Source: an uncultured Actinomycetes bacterium
GTDB lineage: Bacteria; Actinomycetota; Thermoleophilia; UBA2241
Length of the DNA stretch: 64,000 nt
Direction of reading: 5' to 3'
Assembly: GCA_963755025.1 (NCBI GenBank)
Contig: CAVWIH010000017.1
Coordinates: 54,078 to 118,077, forward strand
Part shown: one piece after another, positions 33,370-47,711 of the stretch
Layout of the letters: the number at the start of each line of letters is the position of its first letter
Numbering within the stretch: the first letter of the stretch is position 1
The notes under the pieces: model-generated
Database searches by the model: none
The model's input: only the letters and a program-made list of their open reading frames with translations
What the model was told of the DNA's origin: nothing
Program-made: the position numbers and the translations under genes

Positions 33370-34043
33370 CGGTGCGGGCCGACCTGCCGGCGTGCCGCTT
33401 CTCGGTGTGGCTGGCCGGCATGCGCGCGGCGCTGCTCGAGGGCCGCGGGGTCGACGTGCCCTGTGGCGAGTGCACGGCCTGCTGCACGTCGTCGTACTTC
33501 GTGCACATCGAGTCCGGCGAGACCCAGACGCTCGCTCGTATAGCTCCCGAGCTCGTCTTCGCCGTACCCGGCGCTCCCGGCCGCCGGCTGCTCGGCTACG
33601 ACCGGCGGGGCCGGTGCCCCATGCTGAGCGCGGCCGAGACCTGCTCGATCTACGCCGATCGTCCCCTGACCTGCCGCGTCTACGACTGCCGCGTGTTCGC
33701 CGCGGCCGGCGTCTCGGCCGACCGCGAGGCGATCGCGCGGCGCGCGCAGCGCTGGAGGTTCGCGTGCCCCACCGCCGCCGACCGCGACCAGATGGCGGCG
33801 GTCCGGGCCGCCGCCGGGTTCCTCGCGGAGCACGCCGAGTGCTTTCCCGGCGGCGCCGTGCCCGACGATCCGGCGCAACTGGCCCTTCTCGCGATCAAGA
33901 CTTACCCCGTCTTTCTCGCGGGCGGCGAGGGTTCGACTCTGCCGCTCGACGTCGCGGCCCGGCCTGCCGTCGCGGCGGCCGTGGTCGCCGCCAACGAGGC
34001 CTTCGGGGCACGACGCGGTGGGGGCGCCGCCCGCAGCGGTTGA
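33366..34043 (+). CDS. YkgJ-family (CxxCxxCC) cysteine cluster protein
   Basis: CGECTACC, CPML, CSIY..RP.TCR.YDC; ATGA overlap with the upstream gene. Confidence 0.82.
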   Translation: MTVRADLPACRFSVWLAGMRAALLEGRGVDVPCGECTACCTSSYFVHIESGETQTLARIAPELVFAVPGAPGRRLLGYDRRGRCPMLSAAETCSIYADRPLTCRVYDCRVFAAAGVSADREAIARRAQRWRFACPTAADRDQMAAVRAAAGFLAEHAECFPGGAVPDDPAQLALLAIKTYPVFLAGGEGSTLPLDVAARPAVAAAVVAANEAFGARRGGGAARSG

Positions 34044-34069
34044 CGCGCCGCCCCGCGCCCCCGTAGAGT
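34040..34069 (+). promoter_or_regulatory. Putative distal sigma70 promoter upstream of ord
   Basis: TTGACG-N18-TAGAGT. Confidence 0.45.
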
Positions 34070-34293
34070 CGCCCTCACGACCACTCACCCCCGGAAGACC
34101 TCGGAGGCGGCGACGAAACCAGACTTCACAGAGTTGACGCCCGTCCAGGTCGACCAGCCTCCTCCCGCCTGAGCGCCTTGTGGCGCGGCTACGCCGCGCC
34201 GCCCCCGCAAGGCCGATAGACGCGGACGCCGCCCACTGCGGCACCACCACTGCAGCGCTACCATCAGTCGCGCGACCGTGCCTCGAGGCACTT

Positions 34294-34340
34294 CTGTCAA
34301 CGTGGCGTCCGCGCACGTATACTTGCATCAATTCTATTCA
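34294..34340 (+). promoter_or_regulatory. ord operon promoter plus 17-bp operator-like palindrome
   Basis: CTGTCA-N18-TATACT immediately followed by TGCATCAATTCTATTCA (34324-34340). Confidence 0.65.
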
Positions 34341-34364
34341 GGCACGGCATCCCTGGGAGGGACC

Positions 34365-35375
34365 ATGATCAAGGTAGTCGAATGGGGCACCGGCGAGATG
34401 GGGCAGGGGCTCCTCAAGTTCATCCTCGACCGGCCCAAGGACATCGAGCTCACCGGCTGCATCGTCACGAACCCCGCCAAAGAGGGCAAGACCGTCGGCG
34501 AGCTGCTCGACCGCCCCTGCGACGTCAAGATGACCACCGACTTCGAGAAGGTGCTCGCCACCAAGCCCGACGTCGTCTGCATCAACACCCAGTCCAACTT
34601 GAACGAGGTCGAGCCGCAGATCGTGCCGGCCGCCAAGTCGGGCGCCGACGTCATCTGCATCGCCGAGAAGCTCGCCTACCCGTGGGCCAGCGACCCGGAG
34701 CGCGCCGACCTGTTCGACCGCGTCGCCAAAGAGAACAACGTCTCCATTTTGGGCACCGGCATCAACCCCGGCTTCATGCTCGACGCCCTCATCGTCATGT
34801 GGAGCTCGATCTGCATGCGCGTCGACAGCATCGAGGCCTCGCGCGTGAACGACCTCTCGCCGTTCGGTCCCACCGTCATGACCGGCCAGGGCGTGGGCAC
34901 CACGGTCGAGCAGTTCGAGAAGGGCGTCGCCGACGGCAGCATCGTGGGCCACATCGGGTTCCCTGAGTCGATCGAGCTCATCGCCAAGGCCCTCGGCTGG
35001 AAGATCGACGAGATCGTCGAGACCCGCGAGCCCATCGTCACCAAGGTCGAGCGCTCCACGCCGCACGTCAAGGTGCCGGCGGGCTGGGTCGCCGGCTGCA
35101 AGCAGGTCGGCAAGGGCTACAGCGACGGTGAGCTCAAGATCCACCTGATCCACCCCCAGCAGATCCACCCCGAGCTGGCCGACCAGGGCACCGGCGACTA
35201 CATCAAGATCATCGGCGACCCCATGGTGAACATGGCCAACACCCCCGAGATCCCGGGCGGCAAGGGCACCTACGCGAGCACCGGCAACTACATCCCGCTC
35301 ATGAAGGCCGCCCCGGCCGGCATGCTGACCGTCGTCGACATGCCGCTGCCGCGGTTCCTGGGCCCCACCAAGTAG
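34365..35375 (+). CDS. ord: 2,4-diaminopentanoate dehydrogenase
   Basis: WGTGEMG, LGTGINPGF, RVNDLSPFG, GHIGFPES, HPQQIHP, PEIPGG motifs; operon context. Confidence 0.92.
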   Translation: MIKVVEWGTGEMGQGLLKFILDRPKDIELTGCIVTNPAKEGKTVGELLDRPCDVKMTTDFEKVLATKPDVVCINTQSNLNEVEPQIVPAAKSGADVICIAEKLAYPWASDPERADLFDRVAKENNVSILGTGINPGFMLDALIVMWSSICMRVDSIEASRVNDLSPFGPTVMTGQGVGTTVEQFEKGVADGSIVGHIGFPESIELIAKALGWKIDEIVETREPIVTKVERSTPHVKVPAGWVAGCKQVGKGYSDGELKIHLIHPQQIHPELADQGTGDYIKIIGDPMVNMANTPEIPGGKGTYASTGNYIPLMKAAPAGMLTVVDMPLPRFLGPTK

Positions 35376-35410
35376 ACCGACTCCTACATCAGGAGCGAAA
35401 GAAGGACCGC

Positions 35411-35743
35411 ATGACTGAGACACAGCAGGCCCACGCGGGCGACTGGGTCGAGGTCGAGTGCGTGCTGCTCGAGCCCGCCGACAGGTCGACGAACCTGCCG
35501 CCGGAGACCGCCGAGAAGCCCCTCAAGATGTGGGTCAAAGGGTTCGCCGAGGGCCAAGCGGCCCTCGGCGGACCCGTCACGGTCGAGACCATGACGGGCC
35601 GCAAGGTCGCGGGCACGCTGTCGGCGATCAACCCCGGGTACTTCCACACCTTCGGCGAGCCGATTCCCGAGCTCGCGCACATCGGCAAAGACCTGCGCGC
35701 CCGGCTCGCGGCCTATCGCGCCGCCCAAAGCGGGGGTGCCTGA
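35411..35743 (+). CDS. ortA: 2-amino-4-oxopentanoate thiolase alpha subunit
   Basis: GDWVE, LEP..R...P..T...PL.MWVKGF, TGR, NP.Y.HTFG.PIPEL motifs. Confidence 0.92.
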   Translation: MTETQQAHAGDWVEVECVLLEPADRSTNLPPETAEKPLKMWVKGFAEGQAALGGPVTVETMTGRKVAGTLSAINPGYFHTFGEPIPELAHIGKDLRARLAAYRAAQSGGA

Positions 35744-37166
35744 TGGCCAGCAAGTTCGACGCCATCATGGCCCGTCGCGGCGAGATCATGCGCCGCGCGC
35801 TGGGCATGGACTACAGCGAGTTCGAGCTGTCGCCGATCGCCTTCGACTACGAACGCATGATGGGCGACCACGGCTACAGCCTCGACGACATCGTCGCCAT
35901 CCAGACCAAGGCCGGCGTGGGCCACACGCCGCTGCTCGAGCTGCACAACCTGACCGACCTCGTGCGTTCCGTGAGCCGCGGCCGGGCAAGGGCGCGCGCC
36001 TGTTCGTCAAAGACGAGGCCGCCAACCTGGCCGGCGCCTTCAAGGACCGCCGCGCCTCGGTCTCCATCCACGTCGCTCGAGAGAAGGGCTACGAGGGCGT
36101 CATCGCCGCGACCTCGGGCAACTACGGCGCCGCGGTCGGCCAGCCAGGCGGCCCGCGCCAGCCTGCGCTGCATCATCGTCCAGGAGGCATACGACAGCCG
36201 CAAGATCGGCCAGCCCGAGATCGTCGAGAAGGCCCGCATCTGCGAGGCCTACGGCGCCGAGGTCGTGCAGCTCACGGTCGGTCCCGAGCTCTTCTTCGCA
36301 CTTGGTCGAGCTGCTCGACCAGACCGGCTACTTCGCCGCCTCGCTGTACAGCTCGTTCGGCGTCTCGGGCATCGAGACCCTCGGCCTCGAGGTCGCCGAG
36401 GAGATGCGCGCCCTGACCGGCGCCGCCCCGACCGCCTGCGTCGTCACTCACGCCGGCGGCGGCAACACCACCGGCACCGCCCGCGGCCTGCAGCCGCGCC
36501 GGCGCCGCCGACACGCAGATCGTGGCCGCCTCGGTCGACCTGTCGGGCCTGCACATGGCCTCCGACGTCGACTTCAACCGCAAGAGCTTCACCACCGGCC
36601 ACACCGGCTTCGGCGTGCCCTTCGCCACCTGGCCCGACCGCGCCGACGTGCCGCGCAACGCGGCCCGGCCGCTGCGCTACATCGACCGTTACCTCACGGT
36701 CACCCAGGGCGAGGTCTTCTACATGACCGAGGCTCTGGTCAAGCTCGAGGGCCTCGAGCGCGGCCCGGCCGGCAACACGGCCATGACGGCCGCCGTCTCG
36801 CTGGCCCGCGAACTGCCGCGCGAGGCCACCGTCGTGGTGCAGGAGACCGAGTACACGGGCGCCGGCAAGCACCACTGGGCGCAGCTCAACTTCGCCCGCC
36901 AGATGGGCGTCGAGGTGCGCTCCGGCGACCCGCGCGACAACAAGCCGGGCACGGTGATCGTCGTGCCCGAACGCCTCGAGCAGATCCAGGCCGTCGACTT
37001 CGACGTCGCCCACATGCGCTCAAGCTACGTGCGCAACGCGGTGCAGGCGGCGCCCGAGGGCTACACGCCGACCGCCGCCGACATCGCCTTCCTGGCCGCC
37101 GACTCAGGCTCGAGCGCGGCCGACGTCGAAGCGATGCTCGCCGACCTCGCCGCCAAGGAGGCCTGA
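35743..37166 (+). CDS. ortB: 2-amino-4-oxopentanoate thiolase beta subunit (PLP); about 4 frameshifts
   Basis: Fragments in successive frames: IAFDYE..GVGHTPL, KDEAAN..G.FKDRRA, ATSGNYG, DSR.IGQPEI, HAGGGN, FNRKSFTTGHTGFG, GLERGPAGN, QETEYTGAGKH. Confidence 0.88.
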
Positions 37167-37171
37167 GCGCC

Positions 37172-37534
37172 ATGCGCGAAGACACCTACCTGCAGGACCG
37201 CGGACACCTCGCGGGACTCACCGACGAACAACTCGAAGCGCGCTTCTGGGCGCTCGCCGAGGGCGCCGTGGCGCCGCTCGTCGAGCTCGCCCGCACGCAC
37301 ACCTCGCCCTCTATCGAGCGCAGCGTGCTCATGCGCATGGGCATCGACTCGCGCACCTGCATGGCCGTCGTCGCGGAGTGCGAGAAGCGCGCCCTGCTCG
37401 GTCACGGCGCCGGTCAGATCGTGCTGCACTGCGCCACCGCCCAGAACGTGTCGGTGGTCGAAGCGGCCGGGCTGCTCGCCGCCGGCGAAGCCTGGGACAC
37501 GGTCGAACAGAAGTGGGGGGCGCCCCATGCCTGA
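37172..37534 (+). CDS. oraS: D-ornithine 4,5-aminomutase alpha (S) subunit
   Basis: HL..LTDEQL..RFW.L, THTSPSIERSVLMRMG, LLGHGAG motifs. Confidence 0.92.
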   Translation: MREDTYLQDRGHLAGLTDEQLEARFWALAEGAVAPLVELARTHTSPSIERSVLMRMGIDSRTCMAVVAECEKRALLGHGAGQIVLHCATAQNVSVVEAAGLLAAGEAWDTVEQKWGAPHA

Positions 37535-39731
37535 CGCGCCCCTCAAGCCCAACGAGAAGCTCGACGTGAAGGCGCTGCTCGAGGGCATCGCCGACTACCG
37601 CCCGCGGCGCAAGGGCTGGCACTGGCGCGAGCCGGTGGCCGACCAGAAGCTCGGGCCTTTCATGTACAAGGAGACCTCGAAGGGCCTCGCCCACAGCGTG
37701 CCGCTGCCGGCCGCCCACTACTTCGGCGACATCGACCCGCAGCCCGACTGCGTGGTCACCACCGAGATCGCCAGCGGGCGCTTCGAAGACGACATCCGCC
37801 GCATGCGCATGGCGGCCTGGCACGGCGCCGACCACATGATGGTCATCCGCACCGCCGGGCAGAGCCACATGGACGGTCTGCTCGAGGGCACACCTGAGGG
37901 CATCGGCGGCATCGCCGTGACCCGCAAGCAGGTGCGCGCCACGCGGCGCGCCATCGACCTGATCGAAGACGAGGTCGGCCGGCCCATCAACTTCCACTCC
38001 TACGTGAGCGGCGTGGCCGGCCCCGAGATGGCCGTCATGTTCGCCGAAGAGGGCGTCAACGGCGCTCACCAGGACCCGCAGTACAACGTCCTCTACCGCA
38101 ACATCAACATGTACCGCAGCTTCGTCGACGCCGCCGTGGCCAAGCACGTCATGGCCAGCGTGCGCATGGCCCAGATCGACGGCGCCCACAACGCCAACGC
38201 CACGGCCCGCGAGGCCTGGAAGGTCATGCCGGAGCTGCTCGTGCAGCACGCCATCAACTGCGCCTACTCCGAGGCGGCCGGCATGCCCAAGGCCGACATC
38301 TGCCTGTCGACCGTGCCGCCCGACTCGCCGCCGGCGCCCTGCATGCGCATGGACCTGCCCTACGCCGTCGCCCTGCGCGACCTCTTCGGGCAGTACAAGA
38401 TGCGCGCCCAGCAGAACACGCGCTACATGGAGTCGTGCGGCCGCGAGGCCACCGTCAGCCATGTCATGAACCTCATGATCAGCCGCCTGACGAGCGCCGA
38501 CATCCAGAGCACGATCACCCCCGACGAGGGCCGCAACGTGCCCTGGCACTACAACAACGTGCACGCCGTGAACACCGCCCGCCAGTCGCTCGTGGGCATG
38601 GACGGCCTGCGCGAGTTCGTGAAGCTCGACCTCGACAACCCCGAGTTCCAGAGCGGCGTGCGCGAGTTGAAGGAGCGCGCCGTGCTGTTCCTCGAGGCCA
38701 TGGAGCGCGACGGCGGCTACTTCGCCGCGGTCGAGCAGGGTTACTTCGTCGACTCCGGTGAGTACCCCGAGACCAACGACGACGGCATCGTGCGCTTCGC
38801 CGACGGCGGTGTGGCGGCCGGCACCATCGTCGAGCGGGCCGACGACTACCTGGCGCCGGTCTGCCACCACTTCGGCGACAACCACCTGCCCGACGGGCTC
38901 GCCAAGCCGTGCGACCCGATCGGCGGCTGCACGCTGTGCGACGCCGAGAAGGTGCCCTTCACCGACGAGCTCGACCCCGAAGACAACGTCAACGTGCGCC
39001 TCGAGCGCACCGCCGCGCTGCGCGACAAGGGCCTGATCACGCCCGAGGTCGAGTGGGCCGGCGACGGCATCGTCGTGGTCACGCTCTTCCTGCCGGCCTC
39101 GGAGCGGGTGGCCGAGTTCGCCGCCCTCGAGCTCGCCAAGGCGATGAACCTGCACGACCCCGAGGTCATCCACAAGCAGGTCATGCACCCCGCCGAAGGC
39201 ACGCTGGTCGAGGTCAAAGGGCGCCTCGAGGTGACCATCGACCCGGCCACCCTCGTCATTCCCCCGCCGCCCGACATACTCTCGGCCGACGAGGTGCGCG
39301 CCTTCGTGAAGGAGCGCGGCCTCAAGGTCGTCGGCGCCACGGTCGGCGAAGACGAGCACTCGGTGGGCATGCGCGAGATCATCGACATCAAGCACGGCGG
39401 CCTCGAGGGCTTCGGCGTGGCCTGCGAGTACCTGGGCACCTCGGTGCCGGTCGAGAAGGTGCTCGACGCCGCCATCGAGCACGCCGCCGACGCGGTGCTG
39501 ATCTCGACGATCATCACCCACGGCGACATGCACCGCCAGAACATGGAGAAGCTCGCCGACCTGGCCGTCGAGAAGGGCGTGCGCGACAAGCTGCTGCTCA
39601 TCGCCGGCGGCACCCAGGTGACCGCCGAACAGGCCCGCAGCTGGGGCATGGACACCGGCTTCGGGCGCGGCACGAAGGGCATCGACGTGGCCTCGTTCAT
39701 GGTCAAGGCTCTGCGCGAGCGCAGCAAGTAG
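37527..39731 (+). CDS. oraE: D-ornithine 4,5-aminomutase beta (E) subunit (AdoCbl + PLP)
   Basis: EIASGRFEDDIRRMRMAAWHGADH, HQDPQYN, GEDEHSVG (B12-binding DxHxxG), IDIKHGG (PLP lysine). Confidence 0.96.
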   Translation: MPDAPLKPNEKLDVKALLEGIADYRPRRKGWHWREPVADQKLGPFMYKETSKGLAHSVPLPAAHYFGDIDPQPDCVVTTEIASGRFEDDIRRMRMAAWHGADHMMVIRTAGQSHMDGLLEGTPEGIGGIAVTRKQVRATRRAIDLIEDEVGRPINFHSYVSGVAGPEMAVMFAEEGVNGAHQDPQYNVLYRNINMYRSFVDAAVAKHVMASVRMAQIDGAHNANATAREAWKVMPELLVQHAINCAYSEAAGMPKADICLSTVPPDSPPAPCMRMDLPYAVALRDLFGQYKMRAQQNTRYMESCGREATVSHVMNLMISRLTSADIQSTITPDEGRNVPWHYNNVHAVNTARQSLVGMDGLREFVKLDLDNPEFQSGVRELKERAVLFLEAMERDGGYFAAVEQGYFVDSGEYPETNDDGIVRFADGGVAAGTIVERADDYLAPVCHHFGDNHLPDGLAKPCDPIGGCTLCDAEKVPFTDELDPEDNVNVRLERTAALRDKGLITPEVEWAGDGIVVVTLFLPASERVAEFAALELAKAMNLHDPEVIHKQVMHPAEGTLVEVKGRLEVTIDPATLVIPPPPDILSADEVRAFVKERGLKVVGATVGEDEHSVGMREIIDIKHGGLEGFGVACEYLGTSVPVEKVLDAAIEHAADAVLISTIITHGDMHRQNMEKLADLAVEKGVRDKLLLIAGGTQVTAEQARSWGMDTGFGRGTKGIDVASFMVKALRERSK

Positions 39732-39816
39732 ACTGACGCATCATGAGCCCCTGCACACGCACAGAGACGCACGCACACCCGCGCACCGACACGCGCTCGG
39801 GCGCAGCGGCGGTCGC

Positions 39817-41199
39817 GTGACCGTCGCGGGCAGCGCGGGGCGGGGGCGGGCGGCGCCGCAGGCGCCGCCCGCCCCATCGACGCCCTGGTCGCCGAGATCG
39901 GTTCGACCACCACCGTGGTCTCGGCGTTCGACGGCCTCGGCGGTTACCCCGACACGCGAACCGCGGTTGCTCGGCCAGGGCGTGGCGGCGACCTCGGTGG
40001 CCGACGGCGACGTCACGATCGGCGTCGGCGCGGCCCGGGCGGCCCTCGAAGAGCAGATCGGGCCGCTCACGCCGCGCCTCACGCTGGCCACCAGCTCGGC
40101 CGCCGGCGGCCTGCGCATGACCGTCCACGGCCTCACCCAGCGCATGACCGCCATGGCGGCCCGCGAAGCGGCTCTGGGGGCGGGCGCCGTCGTGACCTAC
40201 CAGACGGCCGGCCTGCTGCGCGACCACGACCTGCGCAAGATCGCCGAAGCGCGCCCCAGCCTCGTGCTGCTGGCCGGCGGGGTAGAGGGCGGCGACTACG
40301 AGACCATCCTCGCCAACGCGCGGCGGCTCTGCGAGCTCGAGCTGCGCCCGATCGTGGTGTACGGCGGCAACTCGGAGGTCGCCGACGACGCCCGCGCGCT
40401 GCTCGAGCACGCCGGCTTTCGCGTGCGCGTCACCGCCAACGTCTATCCGGCCGTCGACGAGCTCGACATCGTGCCGGCGCGAGCCGTCATTCACGACGCC
40501 TTCGAAGAGCACATCACCCACGCGCCCGGCATGGAGCGCATCGGCGAGGTGGTGAACGGCCACATCCTGCCCACGCCGGGCGCCGTGCTGCTGGCCGCCG
40601 AGCGCCTCGCCGACGACCTCGGCGACCTGGTCGTGGTCGACGTCGGCGGGGCTACGACCGACGTGCACTCGATCACCGACGGCAGCCCCGAGCTCAGCGC
40701 CATCCAGACCGAGCCGCAGGCCCACAGCCGGCGCACGGTCGAAGGCGACCTGGGCACCTTCGTGAGCGCGGCCCACGTGGCCGCCATGATGCCGGCCGCC
40801 GAGCGCCCCGCGGCGCTGCCGCCGGCGCTGCCCGCGACGCCGGCCGAGATCGCGGCGGCGAGCGCCCTGGCCGCGTTCTGCGCCGTGACCGCGGTGCAGC
40901 GCCACGCCGGGCGGCTCGCCCACCTCTACACGCCGACCGGGCGCCAGACCGTCGCCCGCGGCCGCGACCTCACCGCCTGCCGCCTGCTGATCGGCACCGG
41001 CGGCGCGCTCACCCGCCTGCCCGGCGGCGAGGCCATGCTGCAGGCCACGCGCGGCGCCGGCGGCGAGCGGCTGCTGCCGCCGGCCGAGGCGCGCTGCCTG
41101 CTCGACAGCGACTACATCGTGGCCGACGCCGGCGCCCTGCTGGCTCACTTCGACGGCGCCGCCGTGGTCGCGCTCATCAGGTCGAGCCTGGCGTTCTAG
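39817..41199 (+). CDS. GlmL/MutL-like B12-mutase reactivating factor; two compensating indels at about 39840 and 39958
   Basis: DALVAEIGSTTT (in an alternate frame), TSSAAGGLRM, LAGGVEGG, PTPGAV, DVGGATTDVHS, RTVEGDLG motifs. Confidence 0.85.
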   Translation: MTVAGSAGRGRAAPQAPPAPSTPWSPRSVRPPPWSRRSTASAVTPTREPRLLGQGVAATSVADGDVTIGVGAARAALEEQIGPLTPRLTLATSSAAGGLRMTVHGLTQRMTAMAAREAALGAGAVVTYQTAGLLRDHDLRKIAEARPSLVLLAGGVEGGDYETILANARRLCELELRPIVVYGGNSEVADDARALLEHAGFRVRVTANVYPAVDELDIVPARAVIHDAFEEHITHAPGMERIGEVVNGHILPTPGAVLLAAERLADDLGDLVVVDVGGATTDVHSITDGSPELSAIQTEPQAHSRRTVEGDLGTFVSAAHVAAMMPAAERPAALPPALPATPAEIAAASALAAFCAVTAVQRHAGRLAHLYTPTGRQTVARGRDLTACRLLIGTGGALTRLPGGEAMLQATRGAGGERLLPPAEARCLLDSDYIVADAGALLAHFDGAAVVALIRSSLAF

Positions 41200-41299
41200 A
41201 GGTCTCAGCGGGGAAGGGCGTGACCGAGGCGAGCGCTCCCGGAGCCCTTCCGGCGAGCGTGATGATAGACTCCGCCGACGGGCGACGACGAGGGGGAAC

Positions 41300-41794
41300 G
41301 TGCCTATCTGCGAGGTCTGTGGCGCCGCGGTCGCGGCCGACGAGCGCTGCCCGTCGTGTGGCGCCGGCGGCGCGCCGGCGGCCCCCGACCGGGCCATGGT
41401 CGCGCCCGGCCAGACCACGGCAGCGCCCGGCCCGACCACGGCAGCGCCCGCCTGGCCGCCCGCGCCGGCTTGGCCGCCGCTCGCGCCGGCCTGGCCGCCG
41501 CCCCCGCTACCATCCTTCGTGGCCCAGGTAACGGCTCCGGTCCCGGCTCCGGGCGCGGCTTGGGGAGCGGCTTGGGGAGCGCCATCCTGCGTCCTTCTGG
41601 CCGTGCGCGCCCTCGTGACGAAGCGCCGCCTGCCCGCCCGCCTCGTGGCCTCATGCGGCCTTGCGGCGATCGTCGTGTTCGTCGTCGAGTTCGTGCGCTG
41701 GGCGGTGCCGGGCAGCCTTGTCCTGGTGCTGTTCGTCAGCATCGCCGGCGCCGGCCTGCTCGTGGCCGGGGCGCTCAGGCTGGCGCGGCGCTGA
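41300..41794 (+). CDS. Hypothetical zinc-ribbon plus Pro-rich plus membrane protein
   Basis: GAGGGG RBS; CEVC...CPSC, then a Pro/Ala stretch and three hydrophobic segments. Confidence 0.55.
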   Translation: MPICEVCGAAVAADERCPSCGAGGAPAAPDRAMVAPGQTTAAPGPTTAAPAWPPAPAWPPLAPAWPPPPLPSFVAQVTAPVPAPGAAWGAAWGAPSCVLLAVRALVTKRRLPARLVASCGLAAIVVFVVEFVRWAVPGSLVLVLFVSIAGAGLLVAGALRLARR

Positions 41795-41960
41795 CGGCGC
41801 TGCGAGCGACAGACGCCATGAGGGCGACCACCGCGGCCTCGTCGACGCGCCGCGGGGTGACGGGCGAGGCGCGCCGCGGGGCGAGGGGCGAGGCGCGCCG
41901 CGGGGCGACAGTCCGGCGCAGGGTGACGGTCGGGGCCCGGCGGGGCATCCACAGTCGTAC

Positions 41961-46747
<4,787 letters not shown>

Positions 46748-46788
46748 GGACAGCGGCATCCGCTGCGCGGCCCTGCGGCTGGATGGCG

Positions 46789-47574
46789 ATGCCTGAGGGC
46801 GACACCATCCACTACGCGGCCCGGCAGGTGGGCGGTGCGCTCACCGGCCACGTGCCCGACCGCATCGTCACGCCGCACCCGCGCTTTGCCCGCGACCGCT
46901 GGCCCGAGCGCCTTGCCGGCCGTCCGGTCGAGGCGGTCGAGGCGCGCGGCAAGCACCTCCTGCTGCATTTCGGCGGCGGCCTCGCCGTTCACTCCCACCT
47001 GCGCATGACCGGCGCCTGGCGGGTGCTACCCCGCGGCGAGCGCTGGCCGCGCTCGGCGCACGCCGCCTGGCTGGTGATCGGTCGCGGCGACGACGACGTC
47101 GTGCAGTTCAACGGACCTGTGCTCGAGCTGCTCACCGAAGCCCGGCTGCGTTCCGACCCGCGCCTGCGCGGCCTGGGCCCCGACCTCGTGGCGGCGGCGC
47201 CCTTCGACGAGGCGCGCTTTCTGCGGCGCCTGCGCGAGGACGACCCCACGCGCCCCCTGGGCGACGCCCTGCTCGACCAGCACACGGTGGCCGGCATCGG
47301 CAACTTCTGGAAGTCCGAGGGCTGCTGGGCGGCCGGCGTCGACCCGTGGCGGCCGCTCGCCGCCGTGAGCGACGCCGAGGCGCTGGCCGTCGTGCGCGCC
47401 CTGCGGCCGCTCATGCAGCGCTCGGCCGCCGACGGCCGGCAGGACCGCTTTCGCACGATCTACGAGCGCGCCGGCCGGCCCTGTCCGCGCTGCGGGGCGG
47501 GCAGCCGCATCCGCCTGCGGGGCCAGGGCGACGACAACCGCACCACGTACTGGTGCCCCTCCTGTCAGGCGTGA
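46789..47574 (+). CDS. nei: Fpg/Nei-family DNA glycosylase (Nei2-like)
   Basis: N-terminal MPEG, GKHL, HLRMTG, LLDQ..AGIGN, C-terminal zinc finger CPRC...CPSCQ. Confidence 0.92.
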   Translation: MPEGDTIHYAARQVGGALTGHVPDRIVTPHPRFARDRWPERLAGRPVEAVEARGKHLLLHFGGGLAVHSHLRMTGAWRVLPRGERWPRSAHAAWLVIGRGDDDVVQFNGPVLELLTEARLRSDPRLRGLGPDLVAAAPFDEARFLRRLREDDPTRPLGDALLDQHTVAGIGNFWKSEGCWAAGVDPWRPLAAVSDAEALAVVRALRPLMQRSAADGRQDRFRTIYERAGRPCPRCGAGSRIRLRGQGDDNRTTYWCPSCQA

Positions 47575-47654
47575 GCCGCGCGGGCGGTGCGGGGGGCGCC
47601 GGCGGCGAGCGGCGCGCGGCGAACGCCGGCGGCTGCAGAGCGACGGCGCCCGGC

Positions 47655-47703
47655 TTGCGCTTTCGGCGTCATCCGTCATAAGCTTGTGTATCAAGAATAT
47701 GCA
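47655..47703 (+). promoter_or_regulatory. orr-arcE promoter plus 17-bp operator-like palindrome
   Basis: TTGCGC-N18-TAAGCT followed by TGTATCAAGAATATGCA (47687-47703). Confidence 0.6.
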
Positions 47704-47711
47704 GGAGGGCC

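Noticed and set aside
34063-34262. Lysine riboswitch upstream of ord (GTAGAG...GCGCTACC ends)
   Set aside because: The internal AGUA, GAAAGG-N10-GCCGAA and GAAUA elements and their spacing are missing, and the 5' match coincides with a -10 box.
39743-39820. 25-aa ORF between oraE and the glmL-like gene
   Set aside because: CA-rich low-complexity sequence with no SD and atypical codons.
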